The position numbers and the translations under genes were made by a program. Below the pieces are notes generated by a model. It saw only the letters and a list, made by a program, of their open reading frames with translations, ran no database searches and was not told the origin of the DNA. Below are positions 1 through 8,256 of a DNA stretch of 47,249 nt, piece after piece (the first letter of the stretch is position 1; each line of letters begins with the position of its first letter). Source of the stretch: a virus (taxonomy: Duplodnaviria > Caudoviricetes); IMG/VR virus record IMGVR_UViG_3300008113_000206, positions 1 through 47,249 of that record, one strand, 5' to 3'.

Positions 1-22
1 GATATGTCAACCCAAAACCCAT

Positions 23-38
23 TAATCCCATGGGATTA
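23..38. repeat. Perfect 16-bp palindrome TAATCCCATGGGATTA, possible operator
   Basis: Read directly; self-complementary; lies in non-coding DNA between a GATGATAGTAGT copy and a minus-strand TTGACA at 5-10. Confidence 0.6.
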
Positions 39-48
39 CCCAACGGTC

Positions 49-60
49 GATGATAGTAGT
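49..60. repeat. GATGATAGTAGT motif, copy 1 of 3
   Basis: Exact 12-mer also at 108-119 and 1176-1187; copies 1 and 3 extend to CGATGATAGTAGTT. Confidence 0.8.
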
Positions 61-107
61 TACGCGGCTCGTCGCATGGTGCCAAATTAACAATGTCAAC
101 GGGCTTT

Positions 108-119
108 GATGATAGTAGT
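108..119. repeat. GATGATAGTAGT motif, copy 2 of 3
   Basis: Exact match; on the minus strand it lies just upstream of a TTGACA at 94-99. Confidence 0.8.
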
Positions 120-144
120 AATTGTTAATAGGTTTTCTCTAGAT

Positions 145-181
145 AAAAAAATGCCCGCGTTGCTAAAAAAGCAACACGGGC
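145..181 (-). terminator. Rho-independent terminator of the leftward early unit
   Basis: Minus strand GCCCGTGTTGC-loop-GCAACGCGGGC (11-bp stem with one G-U pair) followed by A and T7, immediately downstream of the 194-325 ORF. Confidence 0.85.
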
Positions 182-193
182 TTGGACTGTGGA

Positions 194-325
194 TTATTTT
201 TCGTAGCTGATTTCTACTCTCACTTTATTAGCGGCGCACACGCTAACCCAATCTAAGGCATCTTCAAGGTCGTCGAAAGTGTTAACAAATTCGCCTGTAA
301 TCGTAAAGGTTTTCACTTTGTACAT
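194..325 (-). CDS. Hypothetical 43-aa early protein (MYKVKTFTITGEFVNTFDDLEDALDWVSVCAANKVRVEISYEK)
   Basis: Translated by hand; GAGGA SD upstream of ATG; between the 333-503 ORF and the terminator; below the ORF-track size cutoff. Confidence 0.7.
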   Translation of the reverse strand: MYKVKTFTITGEFVNTFDDLEDALDWVSVCAANKVRVEISYEK

Positions 326-332
326 ATCATCC

Positions 333-503
333 TCACAATGTTTTTGCTAGTTCTTCATTGACTAGACTGTGACAATAGTTCATTGCGAAAGTCATTATCA
401 AATACGCTTGGGAAGAATTGTCCATTGATTCAGCATACGCATACAATTCTTCTAATGATTTTGGTGTAGCAAACAAGTTTGAGTTTGGGATAGGGTTTTC
501 CAT
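333..503 (-). CDS. Hypothetical 56-aa early protein (MENPIPNSNLFATPKSLEELYAY...EELAKTL)
   Basis: Translated by hand; AAGGA SD upstream of ATG; compact operon spacing. Confidence 0.75.
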   Translation of the reverse strand: MENPIPNSNLFATPKSLEELYAYAESMDNSSQAYLIMTFAMNYCHSLVNEELAKTL

Positions 504-523
504 TTTGATATCCTTTTTGAATT

Positions 524-541
524 GGCCCGCTTTCGCGGGCC
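524..541 (-). promoter_or_regulatory. Intergenic GC-rich hairpin GGCCCGC-GAAA-GCGGGCC
   Basis: Perfect 7-bp stem with a GNRA loop on the minus strand; no U-tract, so a stability/processing element rather than a terminator. Confidence 0.55.
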
Positions 542-548
542 GTGTTAA

Positions 549-1061
549 TTAGTTGCAAACAATTTCAAACTTGTCAACTTCTTTGATTTCCGTGCCGGTC
601 TTAACTTTTTTGCATTGCTGCGAATCATTTGCGATATCGGCAATAATTGTCAGTCTGACACGTACACCGCCGAACTCCCCTGTGGCACGAAAATAACGCT
701 GAGCGTAATTGGTGCCAATGTAATCATCGGTATTGTCGAACTCGAATCCGACCTTTTCTGCTACCGCAAGCGTGTCAGGTACTCGACCTTCTTTTAACGA
801 AGTGATATCGGACATTTCAATTTGGCAGCAAATACTCAAATTGGCATCGCCGTTCCATGTGTACCATACTGTCGGATCGGCAGATAACCATACCTTACCG
901 TCCCACTGCGCGCGCTGTGCCACAATGTTAATTGCATAATATGCAAGTTCGAACTTGTCTTTATTGTCACGAATACGCTTTTGGGTAGCGCGCATATCTG
1001 CCATGTCTTTTGCTTTTCCAGCAAGATACTTGGACACGGAAAGGGTTTGCTTTTTAGCCAT
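549..1061 (-). CDS. Hypothetical early protein (~170 aa)
   Basis: ORF track 549-1067; TAGGAG SD spacing favours the second ATG at 1061. Confidence 0.8.
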   Translation of the reverse strand: MAKKQTLSVSKYLAGKAKDMADMRATQKRIRDNKDKFELAYYAINIVAQRAQWDGKVWLSADPTVWYTWNGDANLSICCQIEMSDITSLKEGRVPDTLAVAEKVGFEFDNTDDYIGTNYAQRYFRATGEFGGVRVRLTIIADIANDSQQCKKVKTGTEIKEVDKFEIVCN

Positions 1062-1083
1062 TGTCATTCTCCTAAGTTATCAA

Positions 1084-1116
1084 GTTTGCAGCAATTGATT
1101 TCTCAACTGCTGAAAC
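1084..1116 (-). promoter_or_regulatory. 5'-UTR hairpin with GAAA loop near the predicted transcription start
   Basis: Minus strand GTTT-CAGCAGTTGA-GAAA-TCAATTGCTG-CAAAC immediately downstream of the extended -10. Confidence 0.55.
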
Positions 1117-1118
1117 GA

Positions 1119-1127
1119 AGTATAGCA
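1119..1127 (-). promoter_or_regulatory. Leftward sigma70 extended -10 promoter (TGcTATACT)
   Basis: TGn plus TATACT, upstream of the early ORF cluster; no good -35. Confidence 0.6.
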
Positions 1128-1175
1128 GAAATTTCACGCAAAAGCTGTGGATAACTCTGGATGGGTGGCATGGGC

Positions 1176-1187
1176 GATGATAGTAGT
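1176..1187. repeat. GATGATAGTAGT motif, copy 3 of 3
   Basis: Exact match, in the divergent intergenic region. Confidence 0.8.
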
Positions 1188-1337
1188 TGACCATGACCCC
1201 CCTAGGGGACCCCCACCCCGTGCCCACCCACCCCCCTCTTATCACTCACGCTCATAAAATTTCCCATTTTTTCATGTTTACCACACAAATATTTTCTTCC
1301 CCACGTGTTCTACACCCCTTTTATTTATTTCCAAACA

Positions 1338-1346
1338 TGCTATAGT
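1338..1346 (+). promoter_or_regulatory. Rightward extended -10 promoter (TGcTATAGT) for the small terminase
   Basis: TGnTATAGT ends 6 nt before ATG 1353; AT-rich upstream sequence. Confidence 0.6.
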
Positions 1347-1352
1347 CCACAC

Positions 1353-1883
1353 ATGAACAGCGCCATCACAGCAGATCAGTTTCTGCGTGAACTTGCGTTA
1401 GCGGTAGCCAGAAATAATGTGGGTGCAGCCAGACCGGTCCACGAGGTTATCGCTAGCGAAGGTGTTACTCAGACTGAATACGACGAAATAGCCAAGAATC
1501 CGCAGTTTCAGCGGTACGTAGATTCATATTCCAACGATCTGCGCACCAACGGGTTCTCTTTTTCGGCCAAAGCGAAGGTTTTGGCTGAGGATTTGCTACC
1601 GACGCTCTACCACATGGCCCGGGACCCCGACACACCAGCGGCTGTGCGGACAAAAATTGCCGAAAACTTCGTCGAATGGGCTGATTTGAAGCCAAAAACC
1701 AACCAAAATGTACCCGTTGGTGCCGGTTTTTCGATCACAATCAACCTCCCAAGCACCTCCGAAAAGCCCGCAGAAACCCTAGTTTTTGAGGCCGAAACCC
1801 CCAAAATTGCTCAAAAAATGCCTGTTTTGAGCTTTGATGAGGACGAAAACTATGAATACGCGGGCGAGGACTACTACGAATGA
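1353..1883 (+). CDS. terS: Terminase small subunit (putative)
   Basis: Directly upstream of TerL with ATGA overlap; helical N-terminus, FSITINL C-terminal strand, acidic tail; start placed at ATG 1353 (MNSAITADQF). Confidence 0.7.
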   Translation: MNSAITADQFLRELALAVARNNVGAARPVHEVIASEGVTQTEYDEIAKNPQFQRYVDSYSNDLRTNGFSFSAKAKVLAEDLLPTLYHMARDPDTPAAVRTKIAENFVEWADLKPKTNQNVPVGAGFSITINLPSTSEKPAETLVFEAETPKIAQKMPVLSFDEDENYEYAGEDYYE

Positions 1884-3283
1884 GCCAGAACGGGATCAAC
1901 TACACCCCACCGAAGTCCCTGACGGACTTTCTCACTTCAGAGTCGTTTGTTTCCCTCGTATCAGGGCCAGTCGGAAGCGGCAAATCCTCTGCTGCCATGA
2001 TGAAGATTGCGTACCACGCGAAGAAAATGAGGAAGGGACGCGATGGGGTGCGGCGCTCTAGGGCAGTGGTGGTGCGGAACACCAACCAGATGCTGACAGA
2101 TGCGACAATCCCGACATTTATGACGTGGTTCCCGGAAGGGGTGGCGGGTTCTTATGCGCGTACTGACAAAAGGTTTTTCCTACGCTTTGATGACGTGGAG
2201 TGCGAAGTTCTCTTTCGTGGTCTGGACGATGCCAACGACGTACGGCGGCTTCTCTCACTTGAATGTTCATTTGGCATCCTCGATGAGTATCGCGAAATCC
2301 ATCCCGACATATTTAATGCGCTACAAGGCCGCGTTGGGCGGTATCCCTCCGTTGCCAATGGAGGTTGTGTAACCGACGAAGGGGTGCCGAACCATCACAT
2401 CTGGGGGGCAACAAACGCGCCGGATGCTGATACGTTCTGGGAAGAGTACATGTCCGAGCCGCCGTCGACGGCCAAGATATTCATGCAACCGAGTGCCCTG
2501 TCAGCGGAGTGCGACTGGGATGATAACTTGGTCGATGGGTACTACGCCACGCTGGCTGAAGGTAAGACCGAGGACTGGATCGACGTTTACATCCACAACA
2601 AATTCGGGCGGTCGCTCTCCGGCACTCCGGTGTATCAGAAATCGTTCTACTCAGACTTCCACGTAGCGTCGTCTGAATTAAAGGCGATCAACTCGTCAGA
2701 CTATCCCATCATTATCGGCGTTGACTTTGGGCGCACACCAGCGGCGGTGTTTAAGCAGCGGGACCCACGTGGTCGCGTACTGACGCTAGGTGAGCTGACT
2801 TCGGAGAACATGGGCATCGAGACGTTCATACGAACCAAGCTAACGCCGTACGTTGCGAATAACTACCCGGGGTTTAGTGTGCTCTGTGCGCCAGACCCAG
2901 CGGGGTATGCTAAGACTCAGTTGAACGAGATGACGTTAGTCGATGCGCTGAAGGCCGCTGGGTTTAAGTGCGTTAAGCCGCCGACCAACAAGCCAGAGTT
3001 GCGGATTCAAGCCGTGGAAAGATTGCTATCTCAGCAAGTTGAGGGCAAGGCGATGTATTTGATTGACCCGCGTTGTCAGAAACTTATCAAAGGGTTTCGG
3101 TCGGGCTACCGGTACAAGGTCAAGAAAAACGGGGAGTCGGAGGACAGCCCGGACAAGAACGAGTTTTCGCACGTCCATGATGCCAACCAGTACGCCGACA
3201 GCGTGATTGATATGAATGTGCGCGGAGTGGCGATGGCTAGTACTCGACGGGAAGTTAAGCGCGTACAATATATGTATACGTAG
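1880..3283 (+). CDS. terL: Terminase large subunit
   Basis: Walker A GPVGSGKS, Walker B GILDE, C-terminal RNase H-like nuclease (IIGVDFG...DPAG...SHVHDANQY). Confidence 0.95.
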   Translation: MSQNGINYTPPKSLTDFLTSESFVSLVSGPVGSGKSSAAMMKIAYHAKKMRKGRDGVRRSRAVVVRNTNQMLTDATIPTFMTWFPEGVAGSYARTDKRFFLRFDDVECEVLFRGLDDANDVRRLLSLECSFGILDEYREIHPDIFNALQGRVGRYPSVANGGCVTDEGVPNHHIWGATNAPDADTFWEEYMSEPPSTAKIFMQPSALSAECDWDDNLVDGYYATLAEGKTEDWIDVYIHNKFGRSLSGTPVYQKSFYSDFHVASSELKAINSSDYPIIIGVDFGRTPAAVFKQRDPRGRVLTLGELTSENMGIETFIRTKLTPYVANNYPGFSVLCAPDPAGYAKTQLNEMTLVDALKAAGFKCVKPPTNKPELRIQAVERLLSQQVEGKAMYLIDPRCQKLIKGFRSGYRYKVKKNGESEDSPDKNEFSHVHDANQYADSVIDMNVRGVAMASTRREVKRVQYMYT

Positions 3284-3287
3284 CACC

Positions 3288-3316
3288 TTGACATAACATA
3301 TCCGTGAGTGTAAACA
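3288..3316 (+). promoter_or_regulatory. Sigma70-like promoter for portal (TTGACA-17-TAAACA)
   Basis: Perfect -35, 17-nt spacer, imperfect -10; AGGA SD before ATG 3345. Confidence 0.5.
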
Positions 3317-3344
3317 CAAGCATCTCTCGGAGTTAGGAACCACC

Positions 3345-5435
3345 ATGAACTCAGGTCTTGCACTCATGCCCGTAGCACGGGTGGCCGACTTGGAGGCTGA
3401 ATCCAAGAAGCGCGCGCAGCAGCAGAACGCACAGCCCATTATTCAGGGCTTAGCGGCTCATGTGAAATCTCGGTGGGACACCGCCAGACTTGCCAAGCGA
3501 GAGTTGGAAGAGCGCATGCTGCAAGGGCTGCGTCAGCGCAACGGCGAGTACGACCCAGAGAAACTGGCAGAGATCGAGAAGCAGGGCGGCTCTGACATTT
3601 ATATTCAGCTGACCTCAGTTAAGTGTCGCGCAGCGACGAGCTGGTTGCGGGATACCTTGCTTGGCACAGGATCGGATCGTCCGTGGAACCTTGAGGCGAC
3701 TCCCATGCCAGAACTGCCGCCGGATGTCGTGGCGCAGTTGCAAGCGAAGATGGCCGCACGGTTGATGCCGCTGTACGCCGAGGGGCAGTCGATAGACCCA
3801 CAGACATTGCAGGAAGCCGCAGATGCCATGAAAGATCAGGCGATGCGCGAGTTGAAAGAAGAGGCGGACAAACGCATCGAGCGTATGGAACGCAAGATGG
3901 AAGACCAGATGGTTGAGGGTAACTTCCACGCAGCGTTCGATGAGTTCTTGGATGACATCGTGACCTTCCCCTATGCTGTATTGAAGGGGCCGGTGAAACG
4001 TCGGCGCAAGTCGATGAAGTACGTCGAGGGCAAGCTGACCACAGTGGATGTGATCCGCAACGAGTGGGAACGCGTTGATCCGTTCATGCTCTACTGGGCA
4101 CCGTGGGCTTGGAAGCTAAGCGACGGCTACATCATCGAACGCCACAAGATGACTCGTGAGAACCTTGAGTCGCTAATCGGCGTTGATGGTTACTCGGAAG
4201 ATGCCATCCGCTCGGTGTTGGATGAGTTCAGTCTGGGCAACTTAAAAGAGTGGCTGTGGACTGACTCGGCCAAGGCGACCGCTGAAGGCAAGAACCTCAC
4301 TTACGCGCTGCACACCGATGACTTGGTAGATGCGTTACAGTTGTGGGATACCGTCCAAGGACAGATGCTGATCGACTGGGGCATGAGCAAGGAAGAGATT
4401 CCTGACCCACAGTTGTCGTACCCCTGCGAGATTTGGCTGATCGGCAACGTCGTCATCCGTGCGGTGTTGAACTACGACCCGCTGGGGCGCAAGCCGTACT
4501 TCCTAACCTCCTACGAAAACCTGCCCGGGTCAGTCGAGGGCAAGGGTGTTACAGACCTCTGCCGTGACTCGCAGGTTATGGTCAACTCGTCGGCTCGTGC
4601 GCTGGCGAACAACATGGGCATTAGCTCTGGCCCACAGGTCGGGGTAAATATCTCCCGCATCCCAGCGGGCGAAGAGATTACTGAGATGTACCCATGGAAG
4701 GTCTGGCAGTTCCAGTCCTCTGAGTACAACGACTCAGCTGCGCCGCTCTCGTTCTTCCAGCCCAACAGCAACGCGCAGGAACTGATGTCTGTGTTTGAGA
4801 AGTTTACACAGCGCGCGGACGAGGACACGATGATCCCTCGTTACATGACGGGCGAGCATGTGGCTGGCGCAGGACGTACGTCGTCGGGCCTGTCGATGCT
4901 GATTTCCAACGCTGGCAAGGGCATCAAGCAGGTCATTAGCAACATCGACCAGAACATCCTGATCCCGATTGTAGAGCGCCTGTACCAAGACAACCTGCGC
5001 TACAGCCAAGACCCAGACTTCATCGGTGACTTGAAGGTCGTCGCCAAAGGCGCTCAGTCGCTGGTGATCAAGGAGTCGGAAGCGATCCGCCGCAATGAGT
5101 TCTTGCAGCTTGTTCTAAGCAGCCCAGTCGCTTCGCAGATCGTTGGCATGAACGGCACGGCGGAACTGCTTCGTGACGCTGCGCGGAACTTGTCGGGTAA
5201 TGTGGACCGCATCGTGCCTGACCGTCCGACTGTGGATATTATCCAGCAACAGCAAGAGACAATCCTACAGCTTCAGCAGCAGATTGCGACCTTCATGGGC
5301 GCTGCGCAAGAAGCTATGCAAGGCGCTGGCCCACAAGGCGGGGCACCACAGCAACCCAAGAATATGTTGCCCGATGGTTCGCAGGTAGGTGGCAGGGAGT
5401 CGAATTTTATGTCCCCTAGGCCAAACGGAGTTTAA
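3345..5435 (+). CDS. Portal (head-tail connector) protein
   Basis: 696 aa immediately after TerL; podovirus portal-like motifs (GKGVTDLCRDSQ, GRTSSGLSML) and Gln-rich C-terminal tail. Confidence 0.88.
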   Translation: MNSGLALMPVARVADLEAESKKRAQQQNAQPIIQGLAAHVKSRWDTARLAKRELEERMLQGLRQRNGEYDPEKLAEIEKQGGSDIYIQLTSVKCRAATSWLRDTLLGTGSDRPWNLEATPMPELPPDVVAQLQAKMAARLMPLYAEGQSIDPQTLQEAADAMKDQAMRELKEEADKRIERMERKMEDQMVEGNFHAAFDEFLDDIVTFPYAVLKGPVKRRRKSMKYVEGKLTTVDVIRNEWERVDPFMLYWAPWAWKLSDGYIIERHKMTRENLESLIGVDGYSEDAIRSVLDEFSLGNLKEWLWTDSAKATAEGKNLTYALHTDDLVDALQLWDTVQGQMLIDWGMSKEEIPDPQLSYPCEIWLIGNVVIRAVLNYDPLGRKPYFLTSYENLPGSVEGKGVTDLCRDSQVMVNSSARALANNMGISSGPQVGVNISRIPAGEEITEMYPWKVWQFQSSEYNDSAAPLSFFQPNSNAQELMSVFEKFTQRADEDTMIPRYMTGEHVAGAGRTSSGLSMLISNAGKGIKQVISNIDQNILIPIVERLYQDNLRYSQDPDFIGDLKVVAKGAQSLVIKESEAIRRNEFLQLVLSSPVASQIVGMNGTAELLRDAARNLSGNVDRIVPDRPTVDIIQQQQETILQLQQQIATFMGAAQEAMQGAGPQGGAPQQPKNMLPDGSQVGGRESNFMSPRPNGV

Positions 5436-5449
5436 TTTGCAATACCTTG

Positions 5450-5479
5450 TTGACAAGGACTTCGTATAGTGCTTACCAT
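5450..5479 (+). promoter_or_regulatory. Sigma70 promoter TTGACA-18-TACCAT for the head operon
   Basis: Perfect -35; -10 keeps the conserved T, A and final T; ends 6 nt before ATG 5486. Confidence 0.6.
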
Positions 5480-5485
5480 TTAGAT

Positions 5486-5728
5486 ATGAATCTTTTTATC
5501 GGTGTTAAGCCCGACCGAGCTACTTTAAGTCTCCTTTCGCGGTACCGGGGACCAGAGCACGAGGGCTTGACCAAGCTCTTTAGACAAAAGCTGGAAGAAG
5601 TCAAAACCTCTCTCGTCATCGCTGATGATGAGCATCTGCTTCGCCGTCTCCAAGGCCAAGCCAAGGTTTTGCAAGATTTTCTGGAGGCACTGGAGACAGC
5701 GCCTACAGTTATGGAGCGGCTTAAATAG
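5486..5728 (+). CDS. Small head-module protein (80 aa, helical)
   Basis: Typical small gene between portal and scaffold; RRLQGQAKVL motif; start moved to ATG 5486. Confidence 0.75.
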   Translation: MNLFIGVKPDRATLSLLSRYRGPEHEGLTKLFRQKLEEVKTSLVIADDEHLLRRLQGQAKVLQDFLEALETAPTVMERLK

Positions 5729-5815
5729 CCGAATATCAACCGTAGCAAACCATTATGTCTAACTGCACACCCGAGAGGAGCGGCAAGACAGAGTTGGAGC
5801 TGAAAGGGAAACACT

Positions 5816-6772
5816 ATGGCATTGCCTAAGCAAGTAGCGCAGCAGTTGAAAGAAATCGAGGAACTAGAGAAGCAGCTGGCTGGAACCGCTGAGCCACCGG
5901 AAGAAACACCACCGGAGGAACCAGCCCCAGAAACAGCAGAGCCTGTAAGTGAAGATAAACCTGCTCCGAACGCTGAAACCAAGCCAAACGAGACGAAGAC
6001 CGCCGAGGTACCGGAGGAAACGTGGCAGCAGAAGTACCGTACCCTTCAAGGTATGTACGATGCTGATGTTCCTAGACTGCATGCAAAAGTCAAAGAACTT
6101 GAAACCTTCATTAACCAATTGCGTACCCAGCAAGCTGAAAAGCCTGTTGAGCGCACGGAACCTAGTCGGAAATCTCTCGTAACCGATGCTGACGTTGAAA
6201 CTTTTGGTGCTGATCTCATTGAGGTACAGCGTAAAGTTGCGCGTGAAGTAGCGGCAGAGTTTGAAACGCGGCTAGAAGCATTGGCTGCGGAGAACGCGAA
6301 ATTGCGTGATGAGCTTGTTCAGACAGACTCTCGTGTTGGGGAAGTATCGTTTGATCAGAAACTGCGGCATCTCATACCAGATTTTGATCAGATCAATAAC
6401 AACCCCAAGTGGATAGCATGGCTCGATGAGTTCGATCCTATTCTGCGTTCTGCTCGCCGTGTTATTGCGCAAGACGCATACGCACGTGGCGACGCTGATG
6501 GCGTTGCGTACTACGTTAAGTTGTTCCGTGATACGCAAGCAGCCCCACAGATCGACACGCGGCAATCAGAAGTGGAACGTCAAATTCAGCCGACTCGTTC
6601 GGCTACGGCCCAGACGCCAGTCAGCCAGAAGGGAAAGTCCTATACCACGCGTGAGGTGGAGCGGATGTTCCAGAAGGTTGCGGAGTTGACCCGTAGCAGT
6701 AAGTTCGACGAGGCTAAAAAACTTGAAGCCGAGATCGATGCTGCTTATCTTGAAGGACGCGTCACAGCGTAA
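5816..6772 (+). CDS. Capsid scaffolding protein
   Basis: Acidic Pro/Glu-rich N-terminus, coiled coils, C-terminal EIDAAYLEGRV; directly precedes the capsid gene. Confidence 0.8.
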   Translation: MALPKQVAQQLKEIEELEKQLAGTAEPPEETPPEEPAPETAEPVSEDKPAPNAETKPNETKTAEVPEETWQQKYRTLQGMYDADVPRLHAKVKELETFINQLRTQQAEKPVERTEPSRKSLVTDADVETFGADLIEVQRKVAREVAAEFETRLEALAAENAKLRDELVQTDSRVGEVSFDQKLRHLIPDFDQINNNPKWIAWLDEFDPILRSARRVIAQDAYARGDADGVAYYVKLFRDTQAAPQIDTRQSEVERQIQPTRSATAQTPVSQKGKSYTTREVERMFQKVAELTRSSKFDEAKKLEAEIDAAYLEGRVTA

Positions 6773-6829
6773 TCTAAGAACAGTGGCCTTGATCGAAAAC
6801 CAACTTTGATCTTACTTTAGGAGGCCATC

Positions 6830-7831
6830 ATGGCTACTGTATTTCCGGCAAACGCGCCGTTTAACACCAATCCTAGCTACTCTGGTGCTTTTATTCCGAC
6901 CCTCTGGTCGGGCAAACTGAACGCTAAGTTCTACCAGAACACTATGCTTGCCGAGATCGCTAACACGACTTGGGAAGGTGAACTGAAGAACCAAGGCGAC
7001 ACCGTTCGCATCCGTCTGGCTCCGTCGATCAGCATCTCTGACTACGAAGTCGGCAACAACCTGAGCTATGAAGTCCCAACCCCGATCTACACCGACCTTC
7101 AGGTCAACAAGGGTAAGTACTTCGGCGTTCAGGTGAGCGACGTTCTGGGTTATCAGTCGGATATCGACCTGATGAACATGTTCACCGAAGATGCAGCTAA
7201 GCAGCTGAAAATCTCGATTGAGAACGAAGTATTCTTCAACTCATTCGTGACCGAAGGTCCTGCTTCTGCTAACGAAGGTGGTTCGGCAGGTGCAATCTCC
7301 GCTGCTTATAACCTCGGCACTGACACCACTCCGGTTGACCAGTCCAGCGCTGCTAACGTGCTGAACGCCATCCTGCGTATGTCGTCGGTTCTGGACGAGC
7401 AAAACGTCCCTGAGACTGGCCGTTGGTTGCTGATTTCTCCGTTTGACCGCCATCTGTTGATGCAGTCGAACATCGCTCAGGCGTACTTCACTGGCGACCC
7501 AGAGAGCACCATCCGTTCGGGCAAGATCGGTATGTTGGACCGCTTCACGGTCTACGTGTCGAACCTGCTCCCGAAAGGTGCTGCTGGTAAAGCACTGGTG
7601 GCTGGCCTGTCCGACACCGCAACTGGTGGCACAGTCTCGAACGCCAAAGCTCGCCGTACCATGATCGCTGGTACGAAAGACGCTATTGGCTTCGCGATGA
7701 CTGTCAACAAGACTGAGCCTCTGCGTAACCAAACTGACTTCGGCGACATCGTTCGCGGTCTGGCAGTTTATGGCCGCAAGGTTGTTAAGCCAGAAGCTCT
7801 GGTTCTGGCCCAAGTCGGTTCGGCATCGTAA
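6830..7831 (+). CDS. Major capsid protein
   Basis: 333 aa; FIPTLWSGKL and GDTVRI N-terminal motifs, LDEQNVPETGRW, C-terminal FGDIVRGLAVYGRKVVKPEAL; strong AGGAGG SD. Confidence 0.93.
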   Translation: MATVFPANAPFNTNPSYSGAFIPTLWSGKLNAKFYQNTMLAEIANTTWEGELKNQGDTVRIRLAPSISISDYEVGNNLSYEVPTPIYTDLQVNKGKYFGVQVSDVLGYQSDIDLMNMFTEDAAKQLKISIENEVFFNSFVTEGPASANEGGSAGAISAAYNLGTDTTPVDQSSAANVLNAILRMSSVLDEQNVPETGRWLLISPFDRHLLMQSNIAQAYFTGDPESTIRSGKIGMLDRFTVYVSNLLPKGAAGKALVAGLSDTATGGTVSNAKARRTMIAGTKDAIGFAMTVNKTEPLRNQTDFGDIVRGLAVYGRKVVKPEALVLAQVGSAS

Positions 7832-7836
7832 TAGAC

Positions 7837-7860
7837 GGGGGCTTCGGCCCCCCTCTTCCT
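7837..7860 (+). terminator. UUCG hairpin / weak terminator after the capsid gene
   Basis: GGGGGC-TTCG-GCCCCC followed by an interrupted pyrimidine tract. Confidence 0.65.
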
Positions 7861-7879
7861 CTTTATTAAGGAGAAAATC

Positions 7880-8245
7880 ATGGCAGGTACTCAGTTCCCA
7901 ACTATTGTTGGCGGCGTACAGACCGGCGTTACCGCTGGTACTACCCAAACTCAAGCAGGTGCAACCGCCATCACTGGCGCGATTGCTACCGTTACTACAG
8001 TGGCCGCAGACAACGATGGCGTTATTCTGCCATCCGATATGTCGGCACAATCACGCGTAGTGATCGCTAACCTCGATTCCGCGCAGGACATCAAGGTGTA
8101 TCCACCGGTCGGCGGTACCATCAACGGCGCAGCAGCTAACGCCGCTTTGGTGGTCGGCCAGCAGCAAGCTGTAGAGTGCATCCAGATCGGGTCTACCGGC
8201 CTGACTTGGATCGCCATGCTCAGCGCTGTGGCAACCCCAGCCTAA
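7880..8245 (+). CDS. Putative capsid decoration / minor head protein
   Basis: 121 aa, Ala/Thr/Gly-rich and beta-like; follows the capsid gene; AAGGAG SD. Confidence 0.65.
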   Translation: MAGTQFPTIVGGVQTGVTAGTTQTQAGATAITGAIATVTTVAADNDGVILPSDMSAQSRVVIANLDSAQDIKVYPPVGGTINGAAANAALVVGQQQAVECIQIGSTGLTWIAMLSAVATPA

Positions 8246-8256
8246 GCAGTAAAACT

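Noticed and set aside
1146-1154. Perfect DnaA box (TGTGGATAA)
   Set aside because: Single copy in this region; another TTATCCACA occurs inside the nozzle gene near 22935, so chance is plausible, and the phage encodes its own replication proteins.
1-1350. tRNA genes or an attachment site
   Set aside because: No cloverleaf or T-loop consensus found by eye and no integrase in the window; a tRNAscan-SE run would be needed to exclude this formally.
7829-7880. Capsid readthrough or frameshift extension (T7 10B-like)
   Set aside because: Tandem TAA TAG stops, no slippery site seen, and the next gene has its own strong SD.
7241-8050. 269-aa minus-strand ORF
   Set aside because: Antisense to the highly codon-biased capsid gene; no independent coding signal.
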